Below, one piece after another: positions 27,658 through 32,000 of a stretch of DNA of 32,000 nt. The position numbers and the translations under genes were made by a program. Source of the DNA: Nostoc sp. PCC 7120 = FACHB-418 (GTDB lineage Bacteria > Cyanobacteriota > Cyanobacteriia > Cyanobacteriales > Nostocaceae); the NCBI RefSeq assembly GCF_000009705.1, contig NC_003272.1, positions 570,001 to 602,000 of the forward strand, given 5' to 3'. The notes below the pieces were generated by a model, which did not search any database, was not told where the DNA came from, and saw only the letters and a list, made by a program, of their open reading frames with translations. Numbering within the stretch: the stretch's first letter is position 1; each line of letters starts with the position of its first letter.

Positions 27658-27834
27658 ATGCTGACTTTGCAAATTACAAAAGAGCAATTATTTAGTTTAC
27701 TTGAACAATTATCTTACACAGAACAACAGGAGATTTTGCAATATCTCAGTCAAAAACTCCATAGCCAACCAGTTGATAGTCAATCTAATCCTGATGATAA
27801 TCTTAATGAAGTTGTCTTAAATGAAATCAATTGA
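27658..27834 (+). CDS. Small hypothetical protein, possible orphaned antitoxin
   Basis: 58-aa ATG ORF below the track cutoff (MLTLQITKEQLFSLLEQLSYTEQQEILQYLSQKL...). It lies directly upstream of a PIN N-terminal remnant. Confidence 0.35.
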   Translation: MLTLQITKEQLFSLLEQLSYTEQQEILQYLSQKLHSQPVDSQSNPDDNLNEVVLNEIN

Positions 27835-27871
27835 AACAATTTCTCATAGAAATTGGCAAGAGCAAGTTAGG

Positions 27872-27937
27872 AGTGAGTGGAATAAAGCTAGGTTATCTCA
27901 TTGATACTAATATTTTGTTCTCATTGTTCAAGCAATA
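27872..27937 (+). pseudogene. N-terminal stub of a PIN-domain (VapC-like) toxin
   Basis: Translates as VSGIKLGYLIDTNILFSLFKQ then stop. YLIDTNIL is the typical first acidic motif of PIN domains. Only about 21 codons remain. Confidence 0.35.
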
Positions 27938-27965
27938 ATTGATCTCACCCGTTACCCATTACCTT

Positions 27966-28904
27966 ATGATAGTATCTTCCTCTCAACTTTACGAGCGATT
28001 TATTGAACAGGTAATTGGTTTAAGTCAAAAAAAAGACTTTTCATTAACTGCTTTAATTAGTAACTATGTGAGGATGAATTATCAACTGAAATTAGAGCAA
28101 ATAGACAAGTTAAAGGCTTGGTTAGATGGGTTTAGACCTTTTGATCAAACAATGCTCGCTGAACTGAAAAAGCTCTATGATGTCCGCTTTACTTATAATT
28201 CTAATGCTATTGAAGGGAATACTTTAACTCAAAGTGAAACTGAATTAGTGTTAACTAAAGGGATTACCATTGGCGGTAAAACTCTCAATGAACATTTAGA
28301 GGTGATTGGACATAAGGAAGCGATAGACTATATTGAGAGTTTATCACAAAAAGATACGGAAATTAATGAATGGTAAATTAAACAAATTCATAATCTAATT
28401 CTAAGGAAAATTAACCCGAATGAAGCGGGTTGTTATCGGAATTTAGATGTGATGGCAGCAGGAACAAATTATATTTATCCTCCCCATTATTTACTGTCTC
28501 AATTAATGGCAGATTTTGTTATCTGGCTCAATTCAAATGCTGCTTTAACACTCCATCCGGTAGAATATGCGACAATGGCACATTATCGTTTTGTTTCTAT
28601 CCATCCTTTTCGAGATGGGAATGGGAGAACCGCTAGATTAATTATGAATTTATTGTTAATTCGTGCGGGGTATCCCATTGTGGTGATTAATAATCAAGTC
28701 CGCAATGATTATATTAATGCTTTGGCTTATGGACAACAAAACCAAGATGATTTAAGTGGGCTTTTTGATTTGGTTTGTGATGCGGTTATCAGTTCCTTGG
28801 TGGAAACTTTAAGGTTATTGGTAACTGCTAGTAGTAGTAGGGAAAAGGGGCAGGTTTTTTATCAGGAAATTATTGATTTTATTGATAAAAATGTGGGTAA
28901 ATAG
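27966..28904 (+). pseudogene. Class II Fic-domain protein (AMPylase-type) interrupted by one in-frame TAA
   Basis: Track ORFs 27939..28376 and 28449..28904 are in the same frame. The only interruption is the TAA at 28374-28376, and the reading continues EINEW*IKQIHNLILRKINPNEAGCYRNLDV. The Fic motif HPFRDGNGRTARL and the N-terminal inhibitory motif SNAIEGN are both present. Confidence 0.8.
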
Positions 28905-28956
28905 GTAATAGGTATTGCTGTAAAATTAATTGCACTAAGTTAGGGAGATGTAATCA

Positions 28957-29157
28957 ATGAATACAAGGATTCAATTTACTGCCAAGGTGGAGCAAGGTAA
29001 AATTATTATTCCTGATGAATATATTAGTATGGTTGGTGACAATTTAATTGAGGTAATTATTAAGCCTAAGCCTTCTCGTTTGATGGATCGTCTTGCAGAA
29101 AATCCTTTAACGGCTGTGGGTTGGCGTGATTTGTCAAGAGATGATATTCATGAATAA
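28957..29157 (+). CDS. AbrB/SpoVT-like antitoxin
   Basis: 66 aa with GKIIIPDEY-type looped-hinge-helix pattern. Its stop overlaps the start of the PIN gene. Confidence 0.6.
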   Translation: MNTRIQFTAKVEQGKIIIPDEYISMVGDNLIEVIIKPKPSRLMDRLAENPLTAVGWRDLSRDDIHE

Positions 29158-29608
29158 TTTTATAGATAAAAAGTTTATTGACTCTAATATTTGGCTGTAT
29201 CGGTTTCTTCATGATCCAAAAGTAGATCCTCAAGTGCAGCAATTAAAAAGAAGTATGGCTATTAATTTAACTCAAGCTGTTGATCGCAGTATTGTAGTTA
29301 GCACTCAGGTTATCACTGAAACTTGTGCTGTACTCAAACGGAAAACAGGAATTTCTGAACAGAATATTTTAGAGTTAGTAGAGGAGTTTGAAGAACAGTG
29401 TGAAATTGTCAACCTGACAACAAGTGAGATCAAAGAAGCTTGTCGATTAAGAGATAAATATTCTTTTTCGTATTGGGATAGTCTTGTTATTGCTACTGCT
29501 CTAAAGTCTCAGGCTAAGGTTCTATATTCGGAAGATATGCAAAATGGATTATTGATTGAAAATCAATTAACAATTATCAATCCGTTTGTAGGATCGGGAA
29601 ATAGGTAA
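29150..29608 (+). CDS. PIN-domain toxin (VapC-like ribonuclease)
   Basis: The ATG at 29150 overlaps the antitoxin stop by 8 nt. Acidic PIN residues appear in FIDSNIW, ITETCAV, YWDSLVIATAL and LYSEDMQ. Confidence 0.75.
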   Translation: MNNFIDKKFIDSNIWLYRFLHDPKVDPQVQQLKRSMAINLTQAVDRSIVVSTQVITETCAVLKRKTGISEQNILELVEEFEEQCEIVNLTTSEIKEACRLRDKYSFSYWDSLVIATALKSQAKVLYSEDMQNGLLIENQLTIINPFVGSGNR

Positions 29609-29784
29609 TGGGTAAGAAGGTAAAGAAAAATGTGCCTCAGTTGCGGTTTCCTGAGTTTGTGGAAGTTCTCAAACTTACATATCTTGGTGAAATATTAGAC
29701 TTCAAAAATGGTATCAATGCAGATAAATCACAGTATGGTAAAGGATATAAATTTATAAACGTTTTAGATATTATTAATGATTAA
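29608..29784 (+). pseudogene. hsdS: Truncated hsdS (type I R-M specificity subunit), N-terminal 58 codons only
   Basis: MGKKVKKNVPQLRFPEFVEVLKLTYLGEILDFKNGINADKSQYGKGYKFINVLDIIND then stop. This is a typical HsdS N-terminus, but full-length HsdS is several hundred aa. The ATG overlaps the PIN stop (TAATG). Confidence 0.7.
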
Positions 29785-29872
29785 AAGATGTTTGTGTAGA
29801 TTGTTAAAATCAAACCAACAACCCAGATCCATACCTGTCCCAAACAACTACAAACTTAGGAGGTAACGAGCG

Positions 29873-30457
29873 ATGATTGTGGCAAAAGATAATACCCCAC
29901 ACCTTACCCCTGAAGAATACTTTGCTTGGGAAGAACAGCAACTAGAAAAACACGAATATATCAACGGCGAAGTTTACGCCATGACTGGCGGTAGCATCAA
30001 TCATGGGCGTATCGGTATCCGCTTCACCGCCATGTTCGACAGCCACTTAGAAAATACAGGCTGCATCACTGGCAACTCTGATGTCAAGCTCAATATTTTT
30101 GGCAGTAATAATTATACCTACCCAGATGCCAGCGTTACTTGCGACGATCGCGACAAAACCACAACCCGATATATTACCTACCCCTGCTTAATCGTCGAAG
30201 TCCTCTCAAAAACTACCGAAGCTTATGACAGAGGCGGAAAATTTAGAATGTACCGCCAAAACCCAGCCTTAATAGATTACCTCCTAGTCAGTTCCACCAG
30301 CATCGAAATTGACCTTTATCACAAAAACGACGCAGGCGACTGGTTAATTATCAACTACAAACCAGGCGATACAATTGAACTCAAAAGCATTAACCTAAGT
30401 TTCCCCATTGAACAAGTCTATCGCGGTTTAACCCTTGAACCAGAGAATGGGGAATAG
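29873..30457 (+). CDS. Uma2-family (DUF820) PD-(D/E)XK putative endonuclease
   Basis: LTPEEYFAWEEQQLEKHEYINGEVYAM, then PDASV...IVEVLSK (D...ExK). Confidence 0.85.
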   Translation: MIVAKDNTPHLTPEEYFAWEEQQLEKHEYINGEVYAMTGGSINHGRIGIRFTAMFDSHLENTGCITGNSDVKLNIFGSNNYTYPDASVTCDDRDKTTTRYITYPCLIVEVLSKTTEAYDRGGKFRMYRQNPALIDYLLVSSTSIEIDLYHKNDAGDWLIINYKPGDTIELKSINLSFPIEQVYRGLTLEPENGE

Positions 30458-30491
30458 AATCAAAGTATTACCTATTAAGGTAAATTTAGTT

Positions 30492-31676
30492 ATGAAAATT
30501 GTTTCTATAAAAATTAAAAATTATCGAGCCTTTGAATCTCTAGAAATCAAAGAAATTCCCACCTTTTGCGTCATCATCGGAGCAAATGGTACAGGTAAAT
30601 CTACCCTATTCGATATTTTTGGCTTTCTCCGCGATGCCCTAAAAAATAACATTCGTCAAGCCCTTCAGATCCGGGGTGGATTTAATGAAGTCGTCACTAG
30701 AGGCAAAGAACAAGAAGATATCGAAATAGAACTAAAATTCCGCATGAATATTCTGGAGACAGAACGTCTCGTTACCTATATTTTAAATGTTGGACAAGAA
30801 GAAAGACGACCCTTAGTTAAAAGAGAAATACTCCGGTACAAGCGTGGCGAATATGGTTCTCCCTATCACTTTCTCGACTTCCAAAACGGTAAAGGATATG
30901 CCATCACCAACGAAGAAAACTTTGAACAAACCGACGAAGAACTACAACGTGAAGAACAACAACTCGAATCCAATGATATTTTAGCAATTAAAGGACTGGG
31001 GCAATTTCAACGCTTCAAAGCCGCCAGTGCCTTCCGTTCACTAATTGAAAATTGGCACGTTTCCGACTTCCATATCAGCGATGCTAGAGGCAGCAAAGAC
31101 GCACTCTATGCCGAACATCTCTCCCCCACAGGCGATAATATGGCACTTGTCGCCCAATACATTTATCAAAACCATCCCGATATATTCCAAACCATCCTCA
31201 CAAAAATGCAGGAAAGAGTCCCCGGTATTTCTAAAGTAGAAGCAAAGGAAACAGAAGACGGCAGATTAATCCTGAAATTTCAAGACCAAGCTTTTAAAGA
31301 TCCCTTCATTGATCGCTATGTTTCTGATGGCACAATGAAAATGTTTGCCTATTTAATTCTGCTCTTCGATCCTAAACCCCATCCTTTACTTTGCGTCGAA
31401 GAACCCGAAAACCAACTTTATCCTAGTTTGCTTCACGAACTCGCCGAAGAATTTGCCAGTTATGCCCACAGAGGCGGACAAGTCTTTGTGTCTACCCACT
31501 CCCCCGACTTTCTGAATGCTGTTCCCCTAGAAAGTATTTTCTGGTTGACAAAAGAACAAGGCACTACAAAAATTTTCCGAGCCAGCGATAATGAAACCCT
31601 GAACAACTTAGTGAAAGCAGGAGATTTACCTGGCTATCTCTGGAATCAAGGCTGGTTTGAAGGAGTCGCCCCCTGA
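30492..31676 (+). CDS. ABC-type AAA ATPase (AAA_21/AAA_15-like, OLD/RloA-like)
   Basis: I prefer the ATG at 30492 (MKIVSIKIKNYRAFESL). Walker A is GANGTGKST, the signature-like motif is SDGTMKMF, Walker B is LLCVEEPENQLYP and the H-loop is VSTHSP. Confidence 0.85.
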   Translation: MKIVSIKIKNYRAFESLEIKEIPTFCVIIGANGTGKSTLFDIFGFLRDALKNNIRQALQIRGGFNEVVTRGKEQEDIEIELKFRMNILETERLVTYILNVGQEERRPLVKREILRYKRGEYGSPYHFLDFQNGKGYAITNEENFEQTDEELQREEQQLESNDILAIKGLGQFQRFKAASAFRSLIENWHVSDFHISDARGSKDALYAEHLSPTGDNMALVAQYIYQNHPDIFQTILTKMQERVPGISKVEAKETEDGRLILKFQDQAFKDPFIDRYVSDGTMKMFAYLILLFDPKPHPLLCVEEPENQLYPSLLHELAEEFASYAHRGGQVFVSTHSPDFLNAVPLESIFWLTKEQGTTKIFRASDNETLNNLVKAGDLPGYLWNQGWFEGVAP

Positions 31677-32000
31677 TGAGCTATGACTTGATTTTTTTAC
31701 TAGAAGAACCTTCTATAGAAAATGTTTTAAAGGAAATCTTACCCAAAATAATTCCTGATGAAATTTCTTTTATTTGTATTCCTCACCAAGGTAAACAGGA
31801 CTTAGCTAAATCTATACCAAAAAAAATTAGAGCTTTTCAATTTAACCCTGACACAAAATTTGTTATTGTTCACGATCAAGACTCCCACGACTGTAAAAAC
31901 CTCAAATCAGAACTTTTAGAAATTTGTCAAAATGCAGGAAACAAAAACATACTGATCCGAATAATCTGTCATGAACTAGAATCTTGGTTTTTGGGTGATT
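31676..32000 (+). CDS. DUF4276-family protein (partial, continues beyond window)
   Basis: Not in the track because it has no stop in the window. The ATG at 31676 overlaps the ATPase stop (TGATG). Translation: MSYDLIFLLEEPSIENVLKEILPKIIP...FVIVHDQDSHDC...ICHELESWFLGD. The LLEEPS and ELESWFLGD patterns fit my memory of DUF4276. Confidence 0.6.
   Translation, partial: MSYDLIFLLEEPSIENVLKEILPKIIPDEISFICIPHQGKQDLAKSIPKKIRAFQFNPDTKFVIVHDQDSHDCKNLKSELLEICQNAGNKNILIRIICHELESWFLGD

Noticed and set aside
30435-30491. Track start of the AAA ATPase ORF at 30435, overlapping the Uma2 3' end
   Set aside because: The first 19 residues (MNQRMGNRIKVLPIKVNLV) are read through the junction repeat. The ATG at 30492 gives the canonical N-terminus MKIxxIxIxNYRxF, placed the usual distance before Walker A.

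Overview
Chromosomal segment from a filamentous, Nostocales-like cyanobacterium. The evidence is many HIP1 octamers (GCGATCGC) and heptameric STRR-type tandem repeats in the spacers. There are four blocks. (1) 1-5155, minus strand: two overlapping P-loop NTPase genes. One is a stand-alone 443-aa NTPase. The other is a giant protein of more than 1280 aa that runs off the window edge, so it is missing from the ORF track and I translated it by hand. Its order is degenerate NTPase-like N-domain, TPR-like region, nSTAND1-type NTPase, coiled coil, TM helix, WD40 repeats. This pair is my best candidate for an uncharacterised NLR-like conflict or signalling module. (2) 5.3-18.2 kb: housekeeping genes, namely an SDR, an SRPBCC protein, der, an ecfT-like gene, pipX-pipY-sepF-proC, a Ski2-like helicase, a DUF2805 protein and plsY. 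(3) 18.3-25.4 kb, minus strand: an exopolysaccharide/cyanoexosortase locus with Wzc/GumC-like, Wza-like, exosortase-associated, cyanoexosortase and DegT aminotransferase genes. (4) 25.6-32 kb: a HIP1-free, AT-richer accessory island built on a decaying type I R-M locus. It holds an intact hsdM, nested MITEs at the hsdM stop codon, a vapBC-like remnant, a class II Fic gene with one in-frame TAA, and an intact AbrB-type antitoxin/PIN toxin pair flanked by direct repeats. It also holds a 58-codon hsdS stub, a Uma2 nuclease, and an overlapping ABC-type AAA ATPase + DUF4276 pair (rloA/rloB-like). A 10-mer, AATAGGTAAT, recurs at the cassette junctions. No rRNA, tRNA or CRISPR array was seen.
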